Counted from the stretch's first letter, positions 20,384-31,006 are shown. The stretch is 64,000 nucleotides of DNA from Candidatus Obscuribacteraceae bacterium (GCA_044229845.1 JBGASG010000001.1:384001-448000); one strand, 5' to 3'. The notes: generated by a model from the sequence alone, not told the origin. Translations and numbers: made by a program.

Positions 20384-20697
20384 TCCTGCCAATTTTTCCA
20401 AACAACGACTGACCAAGGTTTGTATATTGTTCAGTCGAACCAGGCTGTCCGCCGTAGCGGACAAGTATCCGACAGGCATGGCGGTGATGTCTTCTGCCGC
20501 TACAATGGTTCCTCCGAGGCTTCTCTTTGCAAGCTGATATAGTCCTGTCTGACATCGCCGTTGTCAAGGTGGAACCCGGTGGTCATGCGGGTTTGCTCTA
20601 CCTATAGATAGGATGCGAATCGAGAAATCGATGCGCGCAAAACGGACAGATATCGCGTGTTGTTTTGGCGTGCGGTTGAGCATGAGCCCTGACGAGC

Positions 20698-20728
20698 AAA
20701 AGAAAAGGGAGGGGACGAACCCCTCCCT
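20698..20728 (-). terminator. intrinsic terminator after HU gene
   Basis: AGGGAGGGG-TTCGT-CCCCTCCCT hairpin then TTTCTTTT on minus strand. Confidence 0.8.
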
Positions 20729-20751
20729 GACACTTTGAATAAAAGTGCGAA

Positions 20752-21033
20752 TTACTTGTGGGCAACGCGCTCTTTGAATTCTTTGCCGGCCGAGAAAGCA
20801 GGTACTTTCTTGGCAGGAACTTTGATCTTTTGACCCGGTTTTTGCGGGTTGTTTGTCTCACGGGCTTGACGCTCGCGACGCTCGAAGGTGCCGAAGCCGA
20901 CCAGGGTTACGCGATCGCCTTTGGCGACTGCTTCGATAACCACATCGGTCAACGAACCGAGAATTTCTTCAACGGCTTTTTTGGTGTTGTTTGTACGGGC
21001 CGCGATTTCGGCAGCGAGTTCTGCTTTATTCAC
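20752..21033 (-). CDS. hup: DNA-binding protein HU
   Basis: MNKAEL...VTLVGFGTF...R...NP...IKVPAKKVPAFSAGKEFK; GTG start after GGAGG. Confidence 0.95.
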   Translation of the reverse strand: MNKAELAAEIAARTNNTKKAVEEILGSLTDVVIEAVAKGDRVTLVGFGTFERRERQARETNNPQKPGQKIKVPAKKVPAFSAGKEFKERVAHK

Positions 21034-21826
21034 AGAGATTCCTCCCACTCATCTAACATTCTTGTACTTACTTAGGACCTGGAAAACCACGTAGGGGGCA
21101 AGAATACAGCACAGCCTCGTATTTTTGAAGGTGCTACGGCATAAAATCTGTGCTTTGGAACCCAAATTCTATGCCGGTTTCGAGCCTTTTCGGTGACGTC
21201 AAAGCCCCTATCGCCCATGTATTGTACCTTGCGGCGGTTCGCGCGCCAGTAGTGTCTAGCATTCGTTAACGAAGATTGCAGTATTTAATTTCCCGAAAGG
21301 CTCAGCCAGCGACCCTTTTGGGGGACGTTTGTGATATGCGAAAACGCCGAAGATCCTTGTCCACCAAGGGAAAGCGGCTACCAGCGCGGTTCTTGGGGAC
21401 CGGCATGTGCACAAAATTTCGACCGCGCAAGTGCCACCACTTGCGCGCTTCTAAACCCCGAGGTTCCACCTTGCGCGTGCCGCGCCAGCCGTTGCGCGGG
21501 ACTGCAGCAGTTTGCATGTGAGAGTCGCGGCTGAGATGCATCGAGTAGAAAGTGCAATTCATCCACACGAACTCACCCATTCCAACCGGACGGAAGCTGG
21601 TCGGCAATGTAGTTTGGACGACAAAATCACAGGAGCAGGAACGATATCTGTCGCATTTCCGCCAGTTATACCGGGGGTATCGGCGGTTGGGTCAGCCTAT
21701 GACCGGCATCTCGGTCTCGACAAATGAAGCGGCAGGGTCCGGCATCGAAATTGCCGTCCACTGCCCGATTCGGGTCACGCCTCCTGACCTGCCATCCTCC
21801 TCTAATGGTTTTATCTAAAAGGAGGT

Positions 21827-22276
21827 GTGAACCTCAGCAAGATGTGGAACAAAAGGGTTACCGAGGCTATGAGAGAAAGGTCTTTGGCAGAAACGGTAAA
21901 AGCTGCTTCTACACTCAGTGCGCGAGAACTCGCATACAAAGCAGCGAATATAGCTGAATCTAAAAAAGCCATTTCCACTCTAGTCCTCGATGTAGTAAAA
22001 GTCACGCCACTAGCGGACTTCTTTGTGATCACCGGAGGCGATTCCGTAACCCAGGTCAGAGCGATAGTCGACGCAATCGACGAGACTCTCTCCATGTACG
22101 GACTCCAACCGAGGTCTATCGAGGGCAAGCTAGAAGGACGGTGGGTCCTAATGGACTATGAATTCATCATTGTCCACGTGTTCCACCAAAAAGAGAGAGA
22201 TTACTACAAACTCGAGCAGTTCTGGAATCACGCAAATCCTGTAGAGCGGCTCGATTGGTACGACGACAACACATAG
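21827..22276 (+). CDS. rsfS: ribosome silencing factor (start uncertain)
   Basis: KKA..LVLDV...ADFFVI.GG.S..QVRAI...EG....WVLMDY..IIVHVF....RDYYKLE.FW. Confidence 0.93.
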   Translation: MNLSKMWNKRVTEAMRERSLAETVKAASTLSARELAYKAANIAESKKAISTLVLDVVKVTPLADFFVITGGDSVTQVRAIVDAIDETLSMYGLQPRSIEGKLEGRWVLMDYEFIIVHVFHQKERDYYKLEQFWNHANPVERLDWYDDNT

Positions 22277-22333
22277 GCGATTGATGATTTCGCGACACGG
22301 GCATAGTCCGTTTAGCATTTCGGGGTGCACTGT

Positions 22334-23479
22334 ATGAGTTTCAGAACAAGACTTCAAGCATTCGTAGAAAGCCGTCAAAAGATTCAAATCTGGTACGGCA
22401 TGGGTTGCCACAACACGGTGACCGGACGCGTGCTCAGCGTTGACCACGACCACATCGATGTCGAGTCCTACTCGCACGAAAGCGATGGTCAAATCCACAT
22501 CCGTCGTATTTTGGTCCCGTTGCATTTGATTCTGCACATCGACATTACGTCGGCAGAGACAACGGAAGTCGAAGACGACGACGTCTCCGTCGACACCGAT
22601 CGCGTCACGCCTCCAGCGTTGACCGTAGCGGACCTCCCCGAACCGCCCCGCGGCTACGCAGTGCGCATCCTGTCGCAACTCAATTCTTCTTACTCGAACC
22701 GTTTCTCACGCATTTCTTCCGGACCCGGCGGTGTTTACTTTGCAGTAGATGGCAGCGTCTGGTTCGTCGACCACAGCGGACAACTCACCGAATACGCCCG
22801 CATCCGTGGCAACACCACAATCTCGGGACTGCGTTTCGACAAGAAAGGCATCCTGTATGTGACCACCATCCAAGGCACTGTTTACAAAATCGATCCCAAT
22901 AAGAGCGGCCGAGTTCTTGCTCAACTCGACGGCAGCCTCACCGGCGGTGGCACATTCCTGGCCGACATCGTGATCGGACCAAACGATGAAGCATACGTCT
23001 CCAACTTCCCCTCCAACACCGGCGGCGTGTTCAAAATCGAAAAAACCGGCGAATACGAAGTTCTTATCGGTGGCGCCGGCCAAGGTACACAAGGCTTGCT
23101 CGTAGATCCGGACGGCTTCCTCTGGGGTCTGGAACATGCGACCGGCTCTGTAGTCAAACGCACTCTCGATGGACGCGAGATCGCTCGCATCGCCATCGCT
23201 GAACCTGAATCGTTCAACTTCGCGGATGGTTTCGACGGCAACCTCGCCATCGACTCCCTGGGACGCATATACGTGACTGCCGGACGCGCCGGTGTCGTGT
23301 ATCGCGTCAATCGCGACGGACGCACGGACCTTTTCCTCTCTAACTTGCTCAACCCGACAGGCGTTGCCTTCGGACCCGACGGAACGCTCTTCGTTCTCGA
23401 AGCCGGACGCTCGCGAGTACTACGGGTGGTGGCACTTGATAAAGCAGACAGAACTGCTTCCGCGACAGCCCTCAGCTAA
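22334..23479 (+). CDS. SMP-30/NHL-like beta-propeller protein with small N-terminal beta domain
   Basis: Repeated G..FD..G.LYV, DG..AIDSLGRIYV and NPTGVAFGPDGTLFV blades. Confidence 0.8.
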   Translation: MSFRTRLQAFVESRQKIQIWYGMGCHNTVTGRVLSVDHDHIDVESYSHESDGQIHIRRILVPLHLILHIDITSAETTEVEDDDVSVDTDRVTPPALTVADLPEPPRGYAVRILSQLNSSYSNRFSRISSGPGGVYFAVDGSVWFVDHSGQLTEYARIRGNTTISGLRFDKKGILYVTTIQGTVYKIDPNKSGRVLAQLDGSLTGGGTFLADIVIGPNDEAYVSNFPSNTGGVFKIEKTGEYEVLIGGAGQGTQGLLVDPDGFLWGLEHATGSVVKRTLDGREIARIAIAEPESFNFADGFDGNLAIDSLGRIYVTAGRAGVVYRVNRDGRTDLFLSNLLNPTGVAFGPDGTLFVLEAGRSRVLRVVALDKADRTASATALS

Positions 23480-23511
23480 CGCGAAATCAATGGAATAATC
23501 CCGCAACTATC

Positions 23512-23538
23512 GAGAACCCGCTGAATCAGCGGGTTCTC
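23512..23538 (+). terminator. hairpin / probable terminator
   Basis: GAGAACCCGCTGA-A-TCAGCGGGTTCTC near-perfect inverted repeat. Confidence 0.6.
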
Positions 23539-23570
23539 TCCTTATTTAGAGACTGTATAGGTCGGCCGCA

Positions 23571-24071
23571 ATGCATTATCGAATCGCTATTAAGAATGGA
23601 ATCCTGGCATCACTACTTTTGATTCTCTGCCTGATGTGTTTGTCCGCTTGCGGCGGAGGCGGTGCCGGCGGTCTAGTCGGCGGCGCCGATCCATCTAAGA
23701 TGACCGAAGCGCAGAAAAACGAATTCTTCTCCCATCCCTTCAAACCAAAGTCGATCGCTATAGCGCAGCTCAACGACACGCTCGCCACCGTCGAAGCCAG
23801 CTGGCACAACGGCGTCATGAGCTATTCCCTGACACTCAGTAAAAGCCAAGAGCTAGCACAGTGGTTCACCGAAAATCCCAAGGGGCACTTCGTGATCACG
23901 TGGGAACGCGACGGCAGAACCATCGCCGGATTCGATGCACCGTTCAGCGAATTGACTACCAAAGGATCGGACTATGTATTCGCGGGCACCGACGATTGCG
24001 GCATGGACGTCTACACTGACATCTACAATAACCGCGAGTACTGGGGACTCACCTGGCAATTCGATCAGTAG
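23571..24071 (+). CDS. lipoprotein, hypothetical
   Basis: Lipobox LSAC followed by Gly linker. Confidence 0.75.
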   Translation: MHYRIAIKNGILASLLLILCLMCLSACGGGGAGGLVGGADPSKMTEAQKNEFFSHPFKPKSIAIAQLNDTLATVEASWHNGVMSYSLTLSKSQELAQWFTENPKGHFVITWERDGRTIAGFDAPFSELTTKGSDYVFAGTDDCGMDVYTDIYNNREYWGLTWQFDQ

Positions 24072-24085
24072 GACGGCAACGGAAA

Positions 24086-25936
24086 CTAGCGGACGCCGGC
24101 CAGGGTTTCACTGCCCGTGTAGAGTGAGTCGATCACCGGGGCGTAACGCTCCTTCAATACGTTGCGGCGTATCTTCAAAGTGGCGGTCATCTCACCGTCG
24201 TCGACCGAGAATTCATGCGGCAGCACAGCAAAATTACGCACTTGCTCATAGTCAGCAAAATCCGACATTTTCTGGGACAGTTCTGACTTCAAATGCTTGC
24301 GCATTTGCGGCAACTTGGTCAGATCTTCGAAGTCGTCGAATTTCCAGCCATGATCACGCGCCGCTTCGACAGCCGCCTGCTCGTCCAGCGTCAGAAGCGC
24401 CACCAGCGTCTTGCGCTTGTCTCCGAAGACGACTGCCTGGCTGATCACAGGAATGTTGCGCAACGCTGTTTCGATTTTTTGTGGTGCGATATTCTTGCCC
24501 GACGCGTTCACGATCAGGTCTTTCTTGCGATCGGTGATTCGCAAATACCCGTCACGATCGACTTCACCGATGTCGCCGGTGTGGAACCAACCGTCTTCAG
24601 TAAAGGCTTCTTCGGTCAATTCCGGAGCCTTGAAATAGCCCTTGAATATCGATGGACCCTTCAGCAGAATTTCGCCGTCGTGACCGACGCGCACTTGAAT
24701 TGATGGAATGTTGGGACCGACGGTTCCGACTTTGATTCTGTCCATGCGGTTGACGTGCGTGGGGGCGGCGGTCTCGGTGAGACCGTAGCCTTCCATTACG
24801 GTAATGCCAATTGCGTTGAAGAAACGAATCACATCAGCAGTTGCCGGGGCACCACCGGTGATGACCAATCGCAAACGCGGATTGATTTTGTCGCGCAGCT
24901 TGCTGAACACAAGTTTCTCTGCCAGCAAGTGTCTGGCTTGCAAGCCCAGCCCGATGCGAGTCCCCTGAGCCCGAGCCGCCAGGTATTCGTTGCCGACATT
25001 CAGTGCCCACTCGACCAGTTTGCGTTTGCTTTCGCCGGCGCTTTCCAGGTTGGTGCGCACCTTGGCGTAGATTTTGTCCAGCAGGCGCGGCACCACCAGC
25101 ATAATGGATGGTTGAATCTCAGCCATGTTTTTAGGCATGTGCTCAAGCCCTTCCGCGAAGGACGTCACCCAGCCCACATGAATGCCGAAAAACTCGCCGC
25201 AGACCCGCTCGAAAACGTGGGATAACGGCAAGAACGCCAGGCGTTCGTCGTCTTCGGTGACATTGATGATGTCTCTGATGTCGTAGACGACGCTCAATAC
25301 ATTGTGGTGAGTCAGCATCACGCCTTTGGGCGTGCCGGTAGTACCGGACGTATAAATAATGGTCGCCAGATCTTCTGCCTGCAGCGCTTTGATACGCTCG
25401 TCGATCAGCTTGGGATGGACGCTCTTGAAGTTTCTTCCCAGCTCTTGCAGCTGGTCCAGAGTGATTACTTTGTCCGATTCGACCGCCTTCGCCGATGGTG
25501 TCATCAGAACAATCTTGTGCAGCGACGCCGGCAAATTTTGCAAAGCAAAAATCTTCTTGAGCAACTTCTCGCTTTGCACAAACAGAATCTCGGATTCGCT
25601 GTTGTGCAGGATGTGCTCGATGTCGGTGCCGGCACTGGTCGGATAAATAGGTACAGATGCCGCTCCTGCGCTCAAGATAGCCTGGTCGGCGGCCAGCCAC
25701 AAGTGCGATGTGTTGGCGATGATCGCAGCGCGACGACGCGGCTCTAGCCCGAGCGCAGCAAGTCCGTAAGACAATTCGTTGACAAGCCTGCCGAAGTCGT
25801 CCCAGCTCATGTTCTGGTAGGCACTCTTCCCTTCTTTGAAGCGAACAGCTACCTCGCTCTTAGAGCGATTCACTCGGTCAGCAAACATCGATGCCAGCGA
25901 CGTGTGCATTACTTGAAGTACCTCACTAACGCCCAA
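24086..25936 (-). CDS. long-chain fatty acid-CoA/ACP ligase (AMP-dependent synthetase)
   Basis: IIYTSGTTGTPKGVML, EGYGLTET, GWFHTGDIG, DRKKDLIV. Confidence 0.95.
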   Translation of the reverse strand: MGVSEVLQVMHTSLASMFADRVNRSKSEVAVRFKEGKSAYQNMSWDDFGRLVNELSYGLAALGLEPRRRAAIIANTSHLWLAADQAILSAGAASVPIYPTSAGTDIEHILHNSESEILFVQSEKLLKKIFALQNLPASLHKIVLMTPSAKAVESDKVITLDQLQELGRNFKSVHPKLIDERIKALQAEDLATIIYTSGTTGTPKGVMLTHHNVLSVVYDIRDIINVTEDDERLAFLPLSHVFERVCGEFFGIHVGWVTSFAEGLEHMPKNMAEIQPSIMLVVPRLLDKIYAKVRTNLESAGESKRKLVEWALNVGNEYLAARAQGTRIGLGLQARHLLAEKLVFSKLRDKINPRLRLVITGGAPATADVIRFFNAIGITVMEGYGLTETAAPTHVNRMDRIKVGTVGPNIPSIQVRVGHDGEILLKGPSIFKGYFKAPELTEEAFTEDGWFHTGDIGEVDRDGYLRITDRKKDLIVNASGKNIAPQKIETALRNIPVISQAVVFGDKRKTLVALLTLDEQAAVEAARDHGWKFDDFEDLTKLPQMRKHLKSELSQKMSDFADYEQVRNFAVLPHEFSVDDGEMTATLKIRRNVLKERYAPVIDSLYTGSETLAGVR

Positions 25937-26129
25937 CTGCTCGGCGGTCGGTCGGTCGGATAGGATCCCTTCCTCCGGACGCTGCCTAATTATAAAAGCA
26001 GGTTTTTGAGAGGAACCATCCTCTTAGATGAAACACTCATCCATTGTCGGGACCATTGTCTGAAAGCTAAGCCAGTGTTTTATTTTGGAGACGTGACCGG
26101 ACACTAAATGTTTCACATGTAATACGTTA

Positions 26130-27032
26130 TTAACGGCTGCCCATGCCGCCGGTAGCGGTTCCGTCAGCGCTGCCGTCCCGCAAATAGCCCTGCCAGCGCA
26201 GCACCCAGTCAGCCACCTCATCCACGACCGGGTCAAACATGAGGTCGTGCCAGGCATGCTCGAAGCTGTGCGCTTGTTTGTACGGCGCCGGGATGCGCCG
26301 ATATATCTGTTCGCTGGCTACGTTATCGACGATACGGTCTTGTCCGGCAGTCAGCATCAATAGCGGGGCAGGAAACTGCTCCAGATGCTTCAGCCACTTC
26401 ATCGTCCGCTGCGACAGAAGCAACAGCTCCAGTAGCATCTTGCCGGGCAGCTTGAACCGGCGCATCACATCATCGGTCATGAAACGAACCGACGCCGGAT
26501 CGCGTGACACCATATCCGGCGTATACGGAACCTCTACCTCTAACTGCGGCCATAGACATGCCTTGAGAATGGTGACCAGCTGGTACTGTTTCGTGAAGGT
26601 TTTTGGATATCCCTGAAAACCAGGTGAGCACAGGATGAGCCCATCAGGGCGAATAAATTCGCATGCCGCGATACAAAGCAATGCACCCGCCGAGTTGCCA
26701 ATCAAATTGATCGGCACGGACGGACCCAACTGCCGGCGCAGGTTGTCGTAAGCAAAAATTACTTCGTCGACCCAGACCGAGGCGTCGTCAACCCACTCAT
26801 CACGCCGCTTGCCAAACCCTTTCAGGTCGAAAGAAACAGTGTAGATGCGTCGCACCTTCAATTGCCGGGCGAACGCCTCAAACCAACCGCTGTGAGCGCC
26901 CAGCCCGTGGACTAGCAAAGCAGCTGAACGGCTGTCGTTCGGCGTGCCCCAGGACCGCGCCGGCAGAGCCATTCGGCCGCCGCCGATCTCAAAGTACGCG
27001 CAGGTGGGCGTCAGGTTAATATCAGCAGTCAT
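26130..27032 (-). CDS. alpha/beta hydrolase (lysophospholipase-like)
   Basis: LVHGLGAHSG, GNSAG nucleophile elbow, D..V and WHDL. Confidence 0.88.
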   Translation of the reverse strand: MTADINLTPTCAYFEIGGGRMALPARSWGTPNDSRSAALLVHGLGAHSGWFEAFARQLKVRRIYTVSFDLKGFGKRRDEWVDDASVWVDEVIFAYDNLRRQLGPSVPINLIGNSAGALLCIAACEFIRPDGLILCSPGFQGYPKTFTKQYQLVTILKACLWPQLEVEVPYTPDMVSRDPASVRFMTDDVMRRFKLPGKMLLELLLLSQRTMKWLKHLEQFPAPLLMLTAGQDRIVDNVASEQIYRRIPAPYKQAHSFEHAWHDLMFDPVVDEVADWVLRWQGYLRDGSADGTATGGMGSR

Positions 27033-27082
27033 TCAGCACGATATTATAGCTTTACAGGTGGTGCGTCACCGCACCGGAGGAT

Positions 27083-28618
27083 GTGATCGTTCCAGAAGCA
27101 CAAAAGGCGACAGAGGCAGCCGATGCCACAACTGATACTCAAGGTGGTATCACTTTGCGTGTCATCGGGCTGGTGCTCGTTTGTCTTTTAACCGCTGCGG
27201 CAGTGGTGTTGATCTTCTGGAAGCCGAACCAGACTCCGCTCGAGCGCGCTGCCATGCTGGTGCGCGACCACAAAAGCGCTGCCGCGTTGCCGTTGTTGCA
27301 ACAGCTGGAGGAAGAGCGAAACCCGGATGTTTACCCGTATCTCGCCCAGGCTTATCTTGATACGGATAACTTTCCGATGGGACGAACCGCCCTTGATACC
27401 GCGGTAAAACTGCACACACCATGCGAAGTGACGGCGCCGGTGGTTCTTTCCTATGCGCGCCGCTACCAGGCGCAAAACGACTTCGCCGAAGCCGAGAAGG
27501 TGTTCGTCTCAGCTGAAGATGTGTGCAAAGACAACGCCTCTCTCAACGAAGGCAAGGCGCGCATGTACTTTGCCTGGTCCGAGCAGGACGCCGGCAACAA
27601 TAAAATTCAGGAAGCGATCACGCATTTGCAGGCGGCACAGAAAGACCTCTCCAGCCTCAGTAACGTCGACGATTTGAAGGTGCAAGTTCCGCACCGGATG
27701 GCTGAATACTACCGGCAACTGGCTGCCCAGGCTGAGGGCGAGGACGAAAAACGGGCGGTGCAGTACCTGGAGATGAGCCTGGCTGCATCGGATGAGCCCC
27801 TGACGCGCATGCTTCTGGGCAACATCTACAGACGCGAGAACGAGCTGGCTAAAGCCATCGAGCACTACCGGCGCGTTGCGCAAATGGATCAAAACAATCT
27901 AGAGGCGCGGCACAATCTGGTCGAACTGTCGATGAAGACAGGCGATATGGCTGGCGCACACGATGCTCTGCAGGAGTTGACCGAACGCGAAAAGAGCATC
28001 GAAAACTTTGAGCTATTGGCTAATCTGGCGATCAAATTGGGCAATTACGCCAGCGCTGTGCGCGCTTTAGAAGAAGCTTCCAATCTGCGCGAAAAGGATC
28101 TGGTGATTCTGGCGCGGCTGGAAAAGATTCTGCTGGAGTGGAGCGATCAGTTGCAGCGCGAGGGCAAAGCCGACGAATCGTTCTCCGTGAAGGGGCATGC
28201 CGAGCGCGTCAAAGACATGATTCACGAAATTCAGCTGGAAGCTGCCAAAGATACTAAGGTTGCAGAGAAGGGCGGCGATGAAAATGTCGTCTGGACGGCC
28301 GGCACGCCGCCGGTTTCTTTGCTGTCGTCACGCATTGTTCTGCCCCGTGGCAGCTTGACTCCGGAAGGCGAGATTCGCGTCAAGAACATCACCGGACAGC
28401 ACCAGGATGCGGTTCCGCTGACTTTCGTCTTCTATGACAACACGACAAAGCGGCGCCTGGGTTCGGTTACAGCCTCCGCGCCTTCCATGGAACCGGGCGC
28501 GATGCGCAGCATATACTTCTCGTCGCCCAACATCGTAAAGACCGACCATCGCCTGGCTGTCATCATTTTTTGGAAGGGGCGCCTGATTAAGGAGCTGCCC
28601 ATCCTTAAGGAACACTGA
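27083..28618 (+). CDS. membrane-anchored TPR protein
   Basis: N-terminal TM, TPR helices, C-terminal Ig-like beta domain. Confidence 0.8.
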   Translation: MIVPEAQKATEAADATTDTQGGITLRVIGLVLVCLLTAAAVVLIFWKPNQTPLERAAMLVRDHKSAAALPLLQQLEEERNPDVYPYLAQAYLDTDNFPMGRTALDTAVKLHTPCEVTAPVVLSYARRYQAQNDFAEAEKVFVSAEDVCKDNASLNEGKARMYFAWSEQDAGNNKIQEAITHLQAAQKDLSSLSNVDDLKVQVPHRMAEYYRQLAAQAEGEDEKRAVQYLEMSLAASDEPLTRMLLGNIYRRENELAKAIEHYRRVAQMDQNNLEARHNLVELSMKTGDMAGAHDALQELTEREKSIENFELLANLAIKLGNYASAVRALEEASNLREKDLVILARLEKILLEWSDQLQREGKADESFSVKGHAERVKDMIHEIQLEAAKDTKVAEKGGDENVVWTAGTPPVSLLSSRIVLPRGSLTPEGEIRVKNITGQHQDAVPLTFVFYDNTTKRRLGSVTASAPSMEPGAMRSIYFSSPNIVKTDHRLAVIIFWKGRLIKELPILKEH

Positions 28619-28695
28619 CAAAGCCGACCCCTTGAGCCCTGACCGCGTCGGCAAGTGATAGACTTACTGAGCCAGAAGCGCCTGGCATAAGCATC

Positions 28696-29184
28696 ATGAC
28701 TATTACTCCTCAAGCAACTAAAGCCGACCCTGCCACCTGCCGCCATGAATATGTGCGCATCTATCAGCGCCGTCTGAAGGGGCTTGAACGTCGCCTGGTG
28801 GCAACCAAGGCGTATCTGCCGGTCGGTTTCAAGATGACTGACTTCGGTCATCTGGGCGAAGGCAGCTATTGCTTTTGCTCGCGGTGCCGGACGCGCTTGT
28901 TTCCGAAACGAACCACCGCCGAGAAGGCCGCCGCCAAGGCTGCACTGGCAGCCGAAAAAGCTGCCGCCGCTGCTGGAGTGGGGCTGGGAGCCGGAGAGGA
29001 TGATGCCGCCCTCGAGACTATTGATGCCCTTGATGCAAGTGATACCGCTGATGACACCAGCGAAAAAGGCGTCCCTGATATTCACGTCGAAGAACTCGAA
29101 CTCGAATCCACTGAACTCGAAGACCTCGAGCAGGGATCCGTGGCCGTGGAGGACGACATTGCCGACGACAGCTCAGAGCCGTAA
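28696..29184 (+). CDS. hypothetical protein with Cys/His motif and acidic tail
   Basis: CRH...CFCSRC; Ala-rich linker; D/E-rich C-terminus. Confidence 0.75.
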   Translation: MTITPQATKADPATCRHEYVRIYQRRLKGLERRLVATKAYLPVGFKMTDFGHLGEGSYCFCSRCRTRLFPKRTTAEKAAAKAALAAEKAAAAAGVGLGAGEDDAALETIDALDASDTADDTSEKGVPDIHVEELELESTELEDLEQGSVAVEDDIADDSSEP

Positions 29185-29193
29185 GGAGTAAAC

Positions 29194-29322
29194 ATGTTTC
29201 GCCTGTTTGAGAAGATATTTGCGATCCTGGCAATTTTTCCACCTGTCTATATGCTGTACCGCTATTGCCGCTGGTACGTGCGCTCCGCCGACCTGCCGGC
29301 AGCGCAGCAAGCCGATGACTAA
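29194..29322 (+). CDS. small membrane protein (42 aa, not in ORF track)
   Basis: AAGGAG SD; MFRLFEKIFAILAIFPPVYMLYRYCRWYVRSADLPAAQQADD; fills gap in a co-directional operon. Confidence 0.65.
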   Translation: MFRLFEKIFAILAIFPPVYMLYRYCRWYVRSADLPAAQQADD

Positions 29323-29330
29323 GTAGGAAG

Positions 29331-29936
29331 ATGCAGCGATACTTCGCCAGAGTCGTGCGCGCCATCATCGTATCCGTCCTGGGATTCGGTGGTGGCATCG
29401 GCCTGATGACGTTTATCGCGGCGATCGTCCTGACCGGCAAACAGCAGGGCGCCATCATGATCGGGCTGATCGCGGCCGCCGGCGTCGGTTCTGTGTTTGC
29501 CATCATTTTCGCCTTTGTGCTTTTGCTGTCCGACCTGACTCCCCGTGTATTTCGGTCGGGGTCCAAAATCAAACGCGACGAAATCTGGGAGTTGGAACAG
29601 ACTCGCGAATATATGGTGCACGGCACCGCCCGTGATGCGAAGCGCTTCTGCCGCGAGGCACTGTTAGCGGTGCCCAATGTCAATTCGATATTGGAACCCG
29701 AAGATTCGGACGACGTGATTCGGGCGTCTATTGGGCGTTCGTGGCGTTCTGCCGGCGAAAATATGGAATGCAAAATCATCCCCCGGGATCAGGAATATTC
29801 CCTGATAACCTGCAGAAGCCATTGCGTTACGCCGGAAGTGCAGTTTGATTATGCGAAAAACTTCGAGAACGTCGAAGCCTGGTTGCGCATGATGAACCGG
29901 CTGGCGGAAGGCAAAAAGAAGGTGCGAGCGGAATGA
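29331..29936 (+). CDS. membrane protein, hypothetical
   Basis: Two TM helices plus a DUF1499-like soluble part; ATGA overlap with next gene. Confidence 0.75.
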   Translation: MQRYFARVVRAIIVSVLGFGGGIGLMTFIAAIVLTGKQQGAIMIGLIAAAGVGSVFAIIFAFVLLLSDLTPRVFRSGSKIKRDEIWELEQTREYMVHGTARDAKRFCREALLAVPNVNSILEPEDSDDVIRASIGRSWRSAGENMECKIIPRDQEYSLITCRSHCVTPEVQFDYAKNFENVEAWLRMMNRLAEGKKKVRAE

Positions 29937-31006
29937 AGGCGGCGGTCGGGATGCGGATTGCGAGTGCGAGTACTGGTACGACGAAACGTATAGTGTTGAC
30001 CGCGCTGATTGCGGTGTTTGCGCTGGGCGCGAACTGCGGCTGCACCGATTTGCTGGGCACCTTCGGCAAAGACAGCCGTATCAAAGGCGGGCTGATGGCC
30101 GGAAAAGACTATTACAAGGATGAGGAGTACAAGAAGGCTGCCGAGGAATTCAGCCGCGCGCTGGAACTTGACCCGGAGAACACCGAACTTTTGATCTGGC
30201 GCGGTGATTCCTATCTCAAGCTGAAAGAAAACGAGAAGGCAATGAATGACTATTCGAAGGCGATCAAAATTGATCCTTCGGCAGGAAACGCCTACGTCGC
30301 GCGCGCGGATGGTTATCTGGCTCTCAAAGATTATGAGCGGCAAATCGAGGATCTCGATAGGGCTCTGACGTTGGAACTGGACGATCAGATGTTGAAGGAT
30401 GTATACGTCAATCGCGCCAACGCCTTCAATCATCTGAAGAAATACGATAAAGCGCTTGCCGACGCGGAGAAGGCCGTGAAGCTCAACGAGGAAAGCGCCA
30501 TGGCCTGGGCGAACCAGGGTGATGCTCTATGCGGGTTGGAGCGCTATGCCGAAGGCGCGGCTGCCTACACAAAGGCGATTAACATCACGCCGAAGGACGC
30601 CGATTTGTACTACTGCCGGGGCGACGCATACATTGATGCCGACGAGCCGGAGAAGGCGCTTGCTGATTTGAACAAGTCGATACGGCTGGATCCGAGTGTG
30701 GATGGTGTTTATGTGAGCCGTGCCGACGTCTACAACACCATGGCACAGTACCAAGCCGCCCTCGATGACGCCGATAAGGCTGCGGAACTCGGGGACGACA
30801 GCTGGGCGATGTACTTCAATCGGGGGCGGGCGCTGACAGGGCTGGACAGGGCGAAAGAGGGCGTCGAGGAATACACCAAATCGCTGGCAGCCAAGGAGGT
30901 GCCCATGACCTACGAATACCGGGGGCGGGCCTACGACAAGCTTGGAGATAAGGCGGCGGCTGCCGCAGACCACGCCCAGGCGAAGAGATTGGGCTGGAAG
31001 AAGTGA
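29933..31006 (+). CDS. TPR lipoprotein
   Basis: Canonical TPR repeats (A..DYSKAIKIDP..AY..RA). Confidence 0.9.
   Translation: MKAAVGMRIASASTGTTKRIVLTALIAVFALGANCGCTDLLGTFGKDSRIKGGLMAGKDYYKDEEYKKAAEEFSRALELDPENTELLIWRGDSYLKLKENEKAMNDYSKAIKIDPSAGNAYVARADGYLALKDYERQIEDLDRALTLELDDQMLKDVYVNRANAFNHLKKYDKALADAEKAVKLNEESAMAWANQGDALCGLERYAEGAAAYTKAINITPKDADLYYCRGDAYIDADEPEKALADLNKSIRLDPSVDGVYVSRADVYNTMAQYQAALDDADKAAELGDDSWAMYFNRGRALTGLDRAKEGVEEYTKSLAAKEVPMTYEYRGRAYDKLGDKAAAAADHAQAKRLGWKK

Noticed and set aside
18146..20479. Long antisense ORFs over pnp (similar ones over gabD, pckG, WYL and GT2 genes)
   Set aside because: Shadow ORFs expected from high-GC codon bias.
21276..21818. RNase P, tmRNA or SRP RNA
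   Set aside because: Conserved signatures (GAGGAAAGUCC, tRNA-like ends, SRP GGAA loop motif) not found on either strand.
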